A stretch of DNA of 64,000 nucleotides. Origin: Raillietiella orientalis (taxonomy: Eukaryota). A program made the translations under genes and the position numbers. Position 1 is the stretch's first letter. Every line of letters starts with the position of its first letter. Below are positions 1 to 13,900 of the stretch, piece after piece. The DNA lies in the NCBI GenBank assembly GCA_036172245.1, contig JAYWIR010000018.1, positions 992,001 to 1,056,000 on the forward strand, read 5' to 3'. The notes beneath the pieces were generated by a model that saw nothing but the letters and a program-made list of their open reading frames with translations, ran no database searches and was not told where the DNA came from.

Positions 1-99
1 TGTCGTTATGTTGCATAGTTGTTGACTAGTAAGAAATAATCATATAAGCGAAATTCTGCAAATAATGTACAGTTTTTGATTTAGATCAATTTGGGAATG

Positions 100-750
100 C
101 ATCAGTTTTGCAGTTTGATTTCCAAATTTCAGAACTCTATTTTAAGTATGCATATAAAAATTTATGTAGCATGAATTTTTCACAGCTCTTGGCTGGATAC
201 TTCGATATTTGCAAAAGTACACAAATTGTTCGATATTTTTCTTTCATATCCATATATTTTTGTTTTTAGATTCACCATCCCCAAGAGCAAGTCGTTTTAT
301 TGTGTTATACTGCACCTTACTTTTTGCCATCACAAATTACTTATGATTTAATCTTTTTCATGGCTTCAGTGAGAGAAATAATTAAAGCTGGGTTTTTGCG
401 AATTCCCTTTACCAGATTCCTCTAAAAATTATCGGGTATAATTAGCTACTAATAGTAGCCTTAAATGTGCTTAAGGTGCTGGTTGATTATGAACTGATGC
501 TGTTTCTTGCAGTTATTATATTTACAGGATTGTGTTTTGTGGAATTCGTTTTGTCATTCTGTCATAACACTTATTCAAACCTTAGTGGCTCCAAAGTTCG
601 TGTGTTTGTCATTGAGGTTGTTTTGGACTATACTACCTTTTGAAATCCTGTGTTATGAGCGATTCAAATGTTGGAAAAGATGATCAAAGCTATCAATAAA
701 ACCGAAAAACAATTTCCTGACTGGTTTCAGTTTTGCCATTGTGATTCTTT
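100..750 (-). other. Decayed chuvirus-like nucleoprotein EVE (tentative)
   Basis: Ordered minus-strand peptides HRISKGSIV ... GIRKNPALIISLTEAMKK ... KIYGYERK follow the KRG / G-x-I-x-A / YxGF motif order seen in better copies; many stops. Confidence 0.3.
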
Positions 751-1258
751 ATGATCTTCAGCAAATGCTTAAAATTTTTGCCTTTGTACCTACCAGTTGC
801 TTTCAATACCAAAGCAGAATTCATTGGACATTTTTGCATCTATTAATCGATTAATTAAGTCTGATAATATTAAAAGTAATCCAAGTACATGTTTTATGAA
901 CGTACTGATACCTTTTCAAATTTCATAATGAACCAAATTTTGGATTTGAATAATTAATTTCGAATTTCATGATGTTACTATGCTTTAGTGGAATGACCAT
1001 GAAATGGTATGTTTGTTATATTATGTGGTAATTGGAATATTATATTGATAAGTGAATAAACCCAACACGGATGTGAATCATTTGCATAAACAGTCAAATT
1101 TTTTTTCAATAAAAAGTACCATGTTTGTTCATTTAGAGAATTTTTGTAAGTTGGTTATCCATTGTAACAATCATACTTGATTTTTGTAAGACATTAAAAT
1201 TGTTTTTATTATTGTTTTTAGCCTACATGCATGTAAATCATTTGTGACTTTTTTATAG

Positions 1259-4200
1259 CTCCAGGCCCAGAAACTAATACATTGTGAATCCTTGGCAAAG
1301 GAAGGGAAAGAAAATGGCGAATATAAATTAAATGAAGACTCTTCAGAGGGTGTTTCCAAGGTTCGTGTATATAGTTTGGTGTTTACTTAGTCCTAATCCT
1401 CGTATTTTAGTGCCAATTTTTGTTTTGCAGATATATGTCATCCCATTGCACATCAGCAATTTATTCTGCTTGTTTTTTTTAGGTTAATCATATAGCATTT
1501 AAAATATTTAGAACTCGGAAATATTTATATGTTTACAAATATATATTTTTCTTATCAAATTTGCACAGATTTTGCTTTGTTTTCATAGTTTTTATTCTGA
1601 ACTTGTGCTTTTACTTTGTGATTCAATGAAACTGTTTCCATGTATATTTGATTGGATTGAAAGTGCTGAAGCACTTCTTATTTCACGTTAAAAAGCATTA
1701 AGAATTTGTCTTTGATCTCTTTGCTGATTACATAATGTATACAGAGATTGAATTTTTTAAATCTGGAATTACAAATTGATTTTAGCGATCAGTTGATGCA
1801 TCAGAGAAGATTTCAGAATTGGAAGAAAAGTTGTTGGCTGTGCAGAGAGATCTTTTGAAATCACAGGAGCTAAATTCACGTTTACAACAAGATTTACAAG
1901 AGCATGCTGCACAGAAACAAGATCAAGTATGAGATTTTACCTTGTAATGTCTTATAAATTCGCATTTGTAATAGGAAGAAAGAATAACCACCCTAGAGAA
2001 AAGATACTTGAATGCTCAAAGGGAATCAACCTCAGTTCACGATTTAAATGAAAAATTAGAAGAAGAACTGAAAAATAAAGAAGCACAGTTGAAGGTGAAA
2101 TAATGTTTGAAAGATCTAGAAACCTTTAATTGATAATAATTGTATAATAACAGTAACTACTATGATAATTTCCTATTTGATAAATTATTCATTATTCTTC
2201 ACTGATAAGTTTACAAATGTAACAGTTCTTGAACATATATGTATCAATCGTCATATTTGATTGGAATTTAGATTTTTTCTATCCCCTTTTCTTTTTCTTT
2301 TCTTGAAATAAGCAACTTGCTAGGGAAAAATCAAAAGATGTAAACTGTTCATCATTATTGTGATTCATTCTTGTTTGTAATGCCAAGACTAATAACTAAT
2401 ATATTTTCGTATGAATCAGCAGTTAGCATTGGTCCGTTTTCAACATTTAAAGTGCAATACTTGGAAAACTAATAATATAATACTAATAATAATATAATTA
2501 TTATTTTCGTTTGAATAGCCGCCTACCAGAATTTGGAAATTTTCAAGAATTTTTAAGAACCTCAACAAAAGTTTTTTTCCTCAGTTAATGCAACAGTGCA
2601 AGTGAAGAGCTATTTCGGTTTCTAATGTAATCTTCACGTTTTAGAGTATCATTTTTACATTTTGTGCATCATGAACATCAAAATTACACTTGTAAACAAC
2701 ACATGGCCTGGAAGGGTTCAGCAACTTGCGATCTGTAAAAAATTGTCACTTTCAAAAGTTATCCAAGATGCGGGAAATGAATTTCTTCCGATGAACTCAC
2801 ACGTCAAAATGTTCTAATCTCAAATTAGCTAACTCAAGAAACGTGAATAACTGTTTGCTTTTTCCCTAATTCTATACTTTCTGCTTTATTCCCATGGTTA
2901 TTAATTGCATTGAATTTTGGTTTTTAGATAACGAACTTCTACATTATGAATTCCAAAGTCCTTTAATTCCATTATCCCACATTACTTTACCTTACATTGC
3001 CTGATAAGTATTCATCTAGAAATAATCTTTTATCCATACTGACGTATTTTAAAATATATCATATGTACTTGTGATACTATCTTGACTTATCCTTTATATA
3101 TTTTAAAGTTCTTTCTTTACCTGCAAATGTTTCCCCATGATAGCTGCTTATTATTCTACTCTTAATTGAATAGAACAATCTATTAGAGTTACATCATTTT
3201 AGATTAGCTGTTCTAAGATATTTGGATGTTACATTAGTACACAGAGTTCAGATGCTTTAATGCAAATTAAAATGCTCGCGATTTCCAGGTAGCTATTTGT
3301 TTCAAACCTTTTTCTTTTGTAGATCCCGAAGGTTGCTTGTGAATTGCCCACCCTTGTTTAGTTTCTCTCAGTTCTGTGCTTTCAAGGAACTACTATCGTT
3401 TTGCTTATTCAAAACATACACTCATGCCTTCTTCTGCATCAAGAAAATTTCTTCTTTCAGTGGCTTTGTTTATTAGAGTTTTGTCTTCTTCTATTTTTAT
3501 TTATAGACATCGGATGCTGTTAGACTTTCTAATGAGGAGTTTTCTGATTTCATTATCGTTTGCTTTCCTGCTTAAAGCAAACATTCTCAAATTAAACTGA
3601 ACCATGCGGTATTTCTTTACATCCAGAATAAAAGTTGACTTTATTGATAATTATTTTTTTTCAATCTAATTATCATAAACGATGCAATACCTTCGCTCAG
3701 TTGTGAGTTCTTTCATATCCTAATCGCAATTGCTTCCAAGGTCATCATCTTTTTTATAAAAATTTTGTAACTAACCAGTTACACTAAATGGTTGGATCTT
3801 GTTTTGCTAAAGTAGCAGGGTACAACAAACTTAAAAAGCTATTGTGTTTTCACATCTGTAATGAAAGGTTGATTAAAATATGCTTTAAGTTTGAATGATT
3901 AAGATTTTCTGCTGTGAAAAACACTGTGCTGAGCTTTAGTTCCCGAATTCAGCCAGGGACTTTTTATTTGCATAGGTAGTTTTTTAAGAACTCCATTGTT
4001 CCATATTGGGTATTTGTATTTTAGTTCTGGATCGTCCACGTCAGCATTGAGGTTAAAAGATGCTTTATATCGTCAAAATATGTATTTAGTGTTTTATTTC
4101 ATCCATAAAGATCATTAGTTTTCCCTCAAATGAAAACTGATGTCTATATTCCTGAACCATATCAAGAAGCAAGTGTTAACTTACGCTCTTGTGCTCCAGC

Positions 4201-7200
4201 AGGCAGTTTTTTAACATTTCGTTATTCCAGTAAACATTTCTGCCCTTATACTTCCAAAGGTTGTCAAAACTTTCTTCAAAAAAAATTTCGAACACTTCAG
4301 TACCACATAGCATTTGCAAATTGAATTTTTTTTGGAGAAATCATTAGCAAGACTTCTTGAGGGATATTAACATTAGTGGGAACAAATGAAAACAAATATG
4401 AAATAATACCAATCAAATCATAGATCATAATGAGCAAATACAAAGAAACATTTTAAAATTATTGATTGAAGCCTAACAAGGCTATTTTTCGATGATAATG
4501 ATCGGTATCATGAAAGAATTTTCAAGCTAATTTGGTGCGCGTATGGGAACTGGTTTTTTAGTTACATTTTAAGTTGTTTGTCAAAAATCTGGTTTTTACT
4601 TTCCATCTATCGTACTTTTTAATCTTTCTGAAATCTGAATTGTTTTTCATGGGCATGTTTGAGAGTGGTGCAAAAGCTGACTCTTTGTTTAACCTTGCAG
4701 TTAGCAGAAGAAAAAATTCGTGCTATTGAAGAAAAACTGGAACTTTCTGATCAGAAACTCGCACAGTATGCTCGACTTCCAGAAATGGACCAAGAATTAC
4801 AGCAGCGCCTGGAGGTAGTGCCTCAGTAACATTATTGCTTAGCAATTCATATTCAGCAAGCACAGGAAAGACATGGATCTTCTGATGACCGTATTCAAAG
4901 ATTAGAAAACATTTTGGATGAGAAAAATGCTGAGGTGGCTAGGCTGAATCAGAGACTAAGAATGAACGAAGAGCATAATAGCCGTTTGTCAACGACTGTG
5001 GATAAACTGCTATCAGGCAAGAAGAAAAAGTGATCTTTTTTTTTTTTTTTTCTTACCATTGCTTGCAGAATCCAATGAACGATTGCAGGTACATTTAAAG
5101 GAAAGAATGCATGCTCTTGAAGAAAAGAACATCCAGACCCAAGAATTACAGAAAACACAAGAAAATCTGGAAGAATTAAGGAAGGAGAAGGTATGTTTTT
5201 TGTATTAATAAATTAGTGTATTATATGTTTGTTGCATAAAGTTGTTTTTTACGTTTATTGCATTTTGTGTTTGTTTAAGGTTTTTGTTTGTGATTACACA
5301 TGGATTGTTGCTGAATACTTAAAGCATAAGATCATTTACATCACAGTGTATATCATTTTTATATTCACGGTCCGCTGATAATTTATAATATCGCTGATAA
5401 TGAATGAGTCTTGTAAATACAACAGGCTTTTGTTATCTACGCAGTATTTGTTTATTTTAACAACCAGATGCCGTAGTGAGAGGTTTGCCCTAGAGTTTCA
5501 AACTTGTATTTTGCGAAAATTTTAATTTACTCACTAATGTGGAGGAATCCAAACTTTGGTTGGACGAGCAGAAGGATTATCTAAATCAAAAACTTAATCT
5601 CTTTTAGATTGTGATACTTGATGAACTGGCTAAGTGTCAGATGGAATTAGAGCATCTCAGGAGGCACATCTTCATACAGGATGCAGCTATTCACACAGAA
5701 ACTTTGCCAAGGTGAGCCCTTACAGTTTGCTTACAGGAAATGTACATCTGCAACATGCTTTTCAGAAACATGTCTCCCCAAAATGTACTTGATGTATCAC
5801 GCAGTCCCATGTATGAGTCACGTTCTTTAAATCGTAGAAACAAGCCATGGACCACTGTTTTAGATACAACCAAAGTAAAATCAATGTATGTTGCCTTGTT
5901 CATCCACCATTTATTACATAGGCAGGATCCTGGGAGAAGAATGCTTCACCCCAACTGTATGACTCTGTCATTGATGCTGAAAATAATGAGGAACATGGAC
6001 CATTGTTTAGTACCTTAGATGTGGTATCTCCTACCAATCATGCCGATGCACAAACATTAGCATCAATGATTCAGGAACAACTTGATGCCATAAATAAGGA
6101 AATGCGGTAGGATACAAAGAGTGATTCCTATGTAGAAAAATGATTCCTCAGGATGATCCAAGAAGAAAAGCAAAATGCAGAGCAACGACCTGAAGAATTA
6201 GACTCTCATTTGGGGAGTGTAGAACAAATAAACTTTTCCTCTCGTTCCCGGGGTAAATCACCACCAGTAAGTAGTCCTTCAACTCCACAGATGCAGCATA
6301 GTCCTCCACATGAATATTCCTACAAATATCACACAGTAAGGAGTGGCATACCTCTAGCATATTTACGGTGTTTGATTAGGCGCCTCCAGCAATGTCACCT
6401 CACCATTATCAGCATCACTGGTCAACAACCGAACGTTTGTGCGTACTATCTGAATCTACAGGCTCTTCTAGTCACCTTGGTACAACTGGTCCTTTACCAA
6501 CAGGCCATTTAAGTGTGCAATCGAATGCCAAAGATAATACTCATCTGCCTCTATTAAGTTATGGAACAAGCCCTACTGCATCATTTGCTGCACGCTATGA
6601 TAAAACAATCACTTCACCATCACTTGATTTCTCTGGAGATTACAAACAGTGAGTAGAAGTAAAATTAAGTCAATTTAATATATCGACGATATTTTTAGCC
6701 AGGACTCAATTCACAAAGGCAATGTGGTGAAGAAGCGAGGATTACGGTCGTCTTTTGGAAAGCTGTTCAGTAAGAAGGAAAAAGGAGTTATCAGCCCCTT
6801 AGCCAGCCCTCCTGCCATACGTGCCCTTCCTGGTGCAAAATCTAGAGATGGTGTCTTACCTGGATCCTTGGCTCCCAGTTATATGAGTGATGGGGAAATA
6901 GGCAGCACTGATACTTTAGGATTCAAGGGAGATTTTGACAGAAGGAAAAAAAAAAAGTGAGAGTTCCTTTTGTGGGATAGTTGCACAGATGTATTACAGA
7001 CATGAATTGTTGGCAGAAGCCATGAAAGCCAATACTCCTTTTCCACTTTGGAATGGTCCAACCATTGTAGCATGGCTAGAGTTATGGGTTGGGATGCCAG
7101 CCTGGTATGTGGCAGCTTGTCGTGCCAATGTTAAATCTGGAGCTATCATGAGTGCTTTGAGTGATACGGAAATTCAAAGAGAAATTGGCATCAGCAACCC

Positions 7201-7837
7201 TCTACATCGTCTCAAATTGCGACTAGCAATTCAAGAAATGGTATCACTTACAAGCCCATCAGCCCCACAAACATCACGAACTACATTGGCATTTGGTGAT
7301 ATGAATCATGAATGGGTTGGGAACATATGGCTACCCTCTTTGGGTCTACCCCAATACCGATCTACGTTTATGGAGTGTTTGGTGGATGCACGTATGCTGG
7401 ATCATTTAACCAAGAAGGACTTACGATGCCAGCTGAAAATGGTAGACGGATTTCACAGGTAGATTTAAAAATATGTGAACTCTTAGTAATGAGATGTTAG
7501 AACTAGTTTAAGTTTTGGAATTCTCTGCTTAAAACGCCTCAATTACGACCGCAAACTATTAGAAGAACGAAGACACAGGGCGGAAACGGAAGATCGCGAT
7601 TTATTAGTATGGAGTAATGATCGGGTTATCCGTTGGGTGGTCAGCATTGGTCTGCGTGACTATGCTAACAATCTTCTGGAATCTGGAGTCCATGGTGCAT
7701 TGTTAGCTCTAGATGACAGTTTTGATGCTGCTCAGTTATCATTGGCACTCCAAATACCAACACAAAACACACAAGCACGTATGTTGCTGCAACAGGAGTT
7801 CAGTCGATTATTGAGTACTCCCAACTGTCGTAGCTAG
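1259..7837 (+). CDS. Liprin-alpha: Liprin-alpha (PPFIA/syd-2 family), multi-exon, 5' part lies upstream of the window
   Basis: In-frame exons 1259-1360, 1786-1926, 1975-2094, 4701-4814, 4857-5016, 5069-5190, 5608-5711, 5766-5874, 5922-6106, 6152-6335, 6380-6648, 6699-6956, 7000-7458, 7501-7837. Diagnostic peptides [66 protein letters not shown] and triple SAM domains ([44 protein letters not shown]). Confidence 0.96.
2300..2830 (+). other. Decayed chuvirus-like nucleoprotein EVE in liprin intron
   Basis: From 2521: [36 protein letters not shown], matching the E-x3-F-x2-A-x3-V-x3-YyGF-x2-dL motif. Confidence 0.5.
3900..4420 (-). other. Decayed chuvirus-like nucleoprotein EVE in liprin intron
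   Basis: [21 protein letters not shown] (4200 to 4131) matches RLxLTxxQAxGSGLT; upstream LISLKKSC. Confidence 0.45.
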
Positions 7838-7946
7838 TCCCTATCCCAAGTCAAAAACAGGTGGTTTTATCACACATGGAGTATGCAAGTGTGACTATCA
7901 GATGAAACAGACGGAAAATCAGTTATTAGTAATAAAATCATCTTGT

Positions 7947-10900
7947 TTACCTAGTATTTGGAGGGAGATCTATGCTTGGATTGAATGCTGTACCAGTCAC
8001 TTGAACAAGATCATTTACAGTCGTATGATCATTTACAGTCTTACCTATGTCCGTATGCTTGGCTGCCGGATCTTGCTGAAAACGAATATCTCGACTGTAA
8101 TTAAGGTCCTGCAGCATTCTGAGTCTACCAAAACAATTCACAATCAGCAAGTAATGCATACAACATACTTGTTGTTCAAATCAGAAGAAACAGTCAACAT
8201 GGGAACTTCTTTTTCTTTCAAAGCTGTAGAAAGACGAATTTGTAAGACATCTCGTTCAACCAGCAACTGCACATATCTTCCTAATGTATTCATATTTGGT
8301 TTAATTAATTACCTGGCTCAATTCATTTGTTAGATTTGCACATTGTTTTTGTTTCTGCTGTAGCTGAATGCTCAACTCATTTAATTTAGAAGAAAGCAAA
8401 TCCCAATTATTCTGCTTTAATCCTGTGCTGTGTTGATCAACAAGCAAGTTGCAATGATCTTGCCAAGTTTTTACTTCGGCATGCAGAGCTTCGTTGTCAC
8501 TCATTAAGCTGTCGACTTGCTGCTGCAATCTAATCATACTCTTGGAATAAACGACCTCATCTGACACTGAATTCTCTGTTGCTCCATGAATTGCTGATGT
8601 AGATTTTAAAGATGAATCTGCCCTTGGAACCATATGTTGTTTAAAAAATATACTTAACAAGCCAAAAAAGTCAGTTAAAGATGTAGGGTGTTCTAAGTCC
8701 GTTTGTTTCATCTCAATTTTTTCGAATACATCGTTTAGATTTTTCCACTGTTCCTTCAAAAAAGTCCAAGATTTACTACCAGGAGTAATTTCTATTTCCA
8801 GAGCATGAAACGGAGTTTCTAACTGCTCATTACTTCCTTCTAAATGGTGGCTTTCCTTAAAGTCTTTGTTCCACTGATTCAACTCCTTAGCACTTGAGCT
8901 GTCTGTTATCTCCGATGCTTGAACACTGCTATCATGCAACAAAACTGCATTTGATTGCTCAAGCTTGTCTTGGACTTCTTTGAATGCCTTTAATTCCTCT
9001 GTGAGTTGATCATTAAGCTTTTGTTGTTCCACCTTTGTACTTTGCAAAAACTCCTTTTCTTTTGAAAGCTGATGATTCTTATCTTTCAAGGTTTTGATTT
9101 GTCTTAAAGTTTTTCCTAAAACTATTTTGGATTCTTGAAGTTCCGTATGCAATTTCTGTATTTCCATGTAAAGTTGTTTATTTTCACATGCAAGAGTTTC
9201 AAAATTTGTATGTTTAATTTCATCGTCTGGACTTTCAGCACATAAGGTAGCTAATTTCTCTTCCAACTCAGTGAGCGTTTGTGTTTTTTCTTGTAAAGTT
9301 TGGTTTAACTTTTCATTTGCGGCCCTTAATTCCAGCAATTCTTCTTTTTGAACTCTGTTTTCTTGAATTTCTTTATTTGAAGTTTCGATTTCCGTAGATG
9401 CCAAATACAGTTTTTCTTGGAGGCGTGTGATCTCCTTATAAGCATTTTGCGCATATTCTTCAAAAGCACTACAATCGCTTTGCTGCAGTCTAATTTCTTC
9501 CTGGAGTTTGCGTTTCTCGTCCTCGTTCTCCTGAAGCTGCTGGAGTAGAAACGCTTCCTTATGATTCTCTTCCAGTATTTTTTGCTCTAGCTGTTCCAAT
9601 GCGGTTTCTTTTTCTTGGAGTCTTTGACTCAAGGTTTCACAAGTTTTATTTTTCGCTTCCAATTCTTGGTATATTGGCTGACAGTCAACGTTTTGTAACT
9701 CTAATTGTTTGCACCTTGCCAGTAACTCCTGATTTTCAGTGACTAGATGTTCATTCTTGGCTTCAATCCCAGCTCTGATTTGAGCAAAGGTTGCAGCTGA
9801 CTGACGAAATTCATTTACTTTCTCGTCCTGCGTCTTCAGTTGCTCTTCTAGCAGAGCATTTTTTGCTTTAAATTCTTCTGCATGAATCCTAGTAAGATTC
9901 GTATTTTCGTGAATCTCATCCATCTGTAGGACCCATTTTTTTCTTTCTTCTTCGAAATAAATACTTAAATTATTAAATTTTTCTTGGAGCTTATCTTTTT
10001 CGTTTTTCAGCTGCAAAAAATCTTTTTGCTGTTTTTCCAGCTCTTGAGTCAAGCTAACATGTTCCTCTGAATGATGATTATTCTCGCTGATGTAATGCAG
10101 AAGAAGGCTTTCTTTCTCATTAAGTTTTTCTTGCAAGCCAACTGAATAACGTTCCCATTCTATCAAAGCCTGGTTCAGATTTTGGTCTTTAATATGTAGG
10201 GCATCAATCACTTCTTTCTGCTTCAATGTTTCGTGTTTAAATTGTTCTTCACAGGATTTTAGTTGTTCCTTCAAAAGCATGATTTCATCTGTTTGTTTTC
10301 CGACGATGCCTTGCACCACAGAAAGCTCTTCTTTACTTCCTTTCATGACTTCTATTTGATACTTGGAATTTGCAATCTCCTGGCTCAACTCTTGTATCCT
10401 TTGATGTAAAGTTTCCTTGCTTTTTTGTGATTCTAACAAGCGCTGATTGGCAAGTGAGACTGCTGCTTCTAGCTTGTGTTTTTCTTCCTTTTCTTGTTGA
10501 TGTTTAATTACCTCGCCTGCATGCTTCTCTTGCAAGATTTTTTTTTCTTCTTCCAGGACCCTAAGTTGCTCCATAACAACAATTTTTTCTTGATGCAGAT
10601 TATTCAAGATTTTCTGATTTTCTGACAATAGATTTTCAAAGTACTCTTTCTGCGATTGCAAATTGGATATCACTGCCTCTGATTCCATTTGCTTGCATTT
10701 CTGTTCCTGAATAATCAGTTCGAGCTGCTCAGATTGCATTTCTTTAGCATGCAGTTTCTCCTTGATGTATTCCATTTCGTTTAAAGTAATTTTAAGACCA
10801 TCGATTTCTTGCTTAGAAAATTCTAATAAGCATTCAGCATGTAAAGCTTTTTCAGCATAGCTAGAAACTTCAGAATACAACTGTTCTATTTGATTATTTA

Positions 10901-13900
10901 AACTTTCAGATTGTGCACAAAATGCGAATTTCTCTTCTTGAAGATGATTCTGCAATGCAGCATATTTACTTTTTTCACTTTCTAAATTTTGCATCAGAGT
11001 GTTAAGCTCTTCCTTGGTAGACGATAATGAAGACGATGCGTCTTCTAGTTGTTCAGCAAGCTGTAAATTGCTTTTTTCTTTTTCTTCTAGCAGTTGATTT
11101 GCAGCATGTACTTTTATTTTCAGCTGTTCTTCCGAGTTCTTCAGTTCATTTGCTGTAATTCGAAGTGAATGAATTTCTTCTCGGGAAATATTCAATGAAT
11201 CATCTATCTGTGCAGCTCTTTCAATATAGCTGGAAGCACTGTTAATAAGATCTCGAAAATGAACTTCGAAAAGTTTCACGGTTTCAGTATAAATATTTTG
11301 TTGTTGCAGCACAAACTGCTTCAACATGAAGCATTCTTTATGTTCTTCCTGTGCATTCTGAAGCATGGTTTTAAGCTTCTGTTTCATAGCTTCCAGATAA
11401 CAGGCTGCTTTCTCAGATTCAATACGAAACTGCATAAGCTGATTCTTTTCATCAGACAGCATTTCCTCCAGTTTCTTGATTTCATCTTCTGCTGTTTGTT
11501 TACATGCATGTAATGTTGCAATTTTTAATTCTTCACGTTCTAATTGTTCTTGGGCATTTTGCAAACAATTATTTTTTTCAATCAACTGACTTTCTAAGGA
11601 ATCCAACTGTTTTTCATGTTGTTCTATAAGGTGTGCCCAGTTGTTTTCCAGTGTTTCCAGCTCCTGTCTAAGTCTGGCTTTTTCTTCTTCCCAAAGATTT
11701 TTAGCACTTTCTTGCTGCATCAATAATTCTTCATTCCAATTTTGCTGATTCTTGAAATCGGTCTGTGCTCTCTGCAACTCTACTTCCACATGTTGCAATC
11801 TACTATTAATTGTATTTTTTTCCATTTCGACTGATTTAATTTCCTCCTGCATTGAACGGAGATCACATTGAATCTTCCGTAGTTCTCTAGTTAGATCATC
11901 TCTTTCTTCCAGTAAATCAGTAATCTGCTGTTTAAACACCTGACACTGCTCTGATGTTTGTCTACTATAAATAATCAAGTTCCTAACTAAGTGTTCCAGC
12001 TGCTGTGAGGAATCTAGTGCTTCTACTTCTGCAGGAATATCTGCAAATGTTTGAAACTCCTGAAGGTATGCAAGCAACTGATTTGATGCCATGCTTTTTT
12101 TTTCTAGTTCAAGACACGATTCTTCCCACTTCTTGGTTATTTGATTAAGCTGGGAAGATAAAAGTTCAGCTTCGCTTTGATTCTCTTGTTTTGCTTGTTC
12201 CAAGGCATGTTTTTCTTGTAATGCAAGGTGCAGAGACTGCCTATCTGATTGCAATTCATCTGTGATTTGCTGCAAATCTACGACAATCATAGTACTCTTG
12301 TTTCTGATGTTCATCACTTACTTTCAACAAGTTGTAATTTTTCTTTTTCCAACATAGCTATCATCCGAAGATGACAACCTAGTTCCATATGAAGATTTTC
12401 TAGTTGTGATTGCTCGAGATTGAGAGATTGGCTGGAAGCTAAAAAAAGTTGTTTTTACATCTGAATTGTTCCTGCATTCATGCTGTATTACCTGGACTTC
12501 CTTCTAATTCCATTAGATGCAACTGCAAGGCGCCTTTTCTTTCTTCCAGTTCTGCAATTTGATTTAATCTTTCCTGCTGCTGTTCTTCACTACTTGATAA
12601 TTTCTTCAAAATAGATCAGTCTAAAACTCTTACTCAAAATACTTAATACCTTAAGAATCTCAATTTCCTGTTCTAAAACTTGTAATTGATCTCTATCTAA
12701 TTTTGAATCCTGCATTTGGTCACATTGACTTCCTTCTTGGTGACGCTTACTCAAACTATCTGGTTTTGTTCTGCAGATGATTCAGCAAAATTAATGCCTG
12801 CATGTGATAACTTTGTGCATTTCTTACCTAACGAAATTGTGTTGATTTTTATTTTCAACCCTACTTAGTTCTTTTGAATTATGTAGTTGCTATCAGAAAA
12901 ATTATGATCTTTGCACCTTATTTTCAGTTTACTCACTTGTAACAAAATTAGCTGTTGGTTCAGTTCCTTCACCTGATCACTCAGAAGCTCAATCTGCCGA
13001 TCTTTAGCTGCAAGACTTTCTTCCATATGAAGTGATTCATTTTCAGGTGACTGCCCATCCTCCTACCATCTTGTTCCTTTTTATGGGTCACCAAAATATG
13101 AAAACAGTGCATACCACATTTTGTACAGATTGCATTTCATCTTCTAGATCAGCCATGAACAATTTGTGATTGTCCAATTTTTCTTGAAGGTGCTGGAGAA
13201 TATTTTCTACCTGATCTTGATCACTTTTATCTTGTTGTAATTTTTTTCGTAATGTTATAATATTGTTGTGTATTTCGTCATCTAGTTGCCAGCCATCTCC
13301 TTCATAACTCGGCATATATTCAGACTGCTCATCATGGACTGGTGTGGTTATTTCACATTGTGGGCTAGACTCACTGGTTTCAGGCTACATACGAAATCGA
13401 TGGGTATACTTCATAATGCAGTTAAAAAATGAAAACGTAAGAACTGTTTACAATAATTATAGCACCCGTTTCTTGAATGGAAAATTCAAGCAACAAATAA
13501 TTTTTTATACAGACAAAACTCAGCTCGGCAGTTCAATAATTTCCTCTGCAATAATTAGTCTAATAAGCATTTGAAAAAAATTTTTACATACGAATATTAC
13601 ATATCTTGATATTGGAAAAAAAAAAAAAAATTGAGCATGTTTCTTGAAAATTATGAAACTTTGCAGATACATGTATGTATATATCTGACAATTTGTATTT
13701 TTTATGTGCAGATATTAAGAGTTGACTTTACAAAATCATCTAATTTATTTGAGCCTGTAAAATTGCAATATTTAACTTTGATCTTCTAATAATAAAGAAC
13801 ATTTGTTACTTTTCAATCCATGAAACCACTGTGTAATTTTAGAAAATTCAAAGTAATATAATCTTGTTGGCTGTCTGCTGTCTTTGGAAATATCGTCAAG

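Noticed and set aside
5712..5736. 25-nt intron in liprin-alpha
   Set aside because: That acceptor leads to a stop; the acceptor at 5765 (54-nt intron) keeps the frame.
7902..8333. 143-aa + strand ORF
   Set aside because: Antisense shadow of the golgin's terminal exons.
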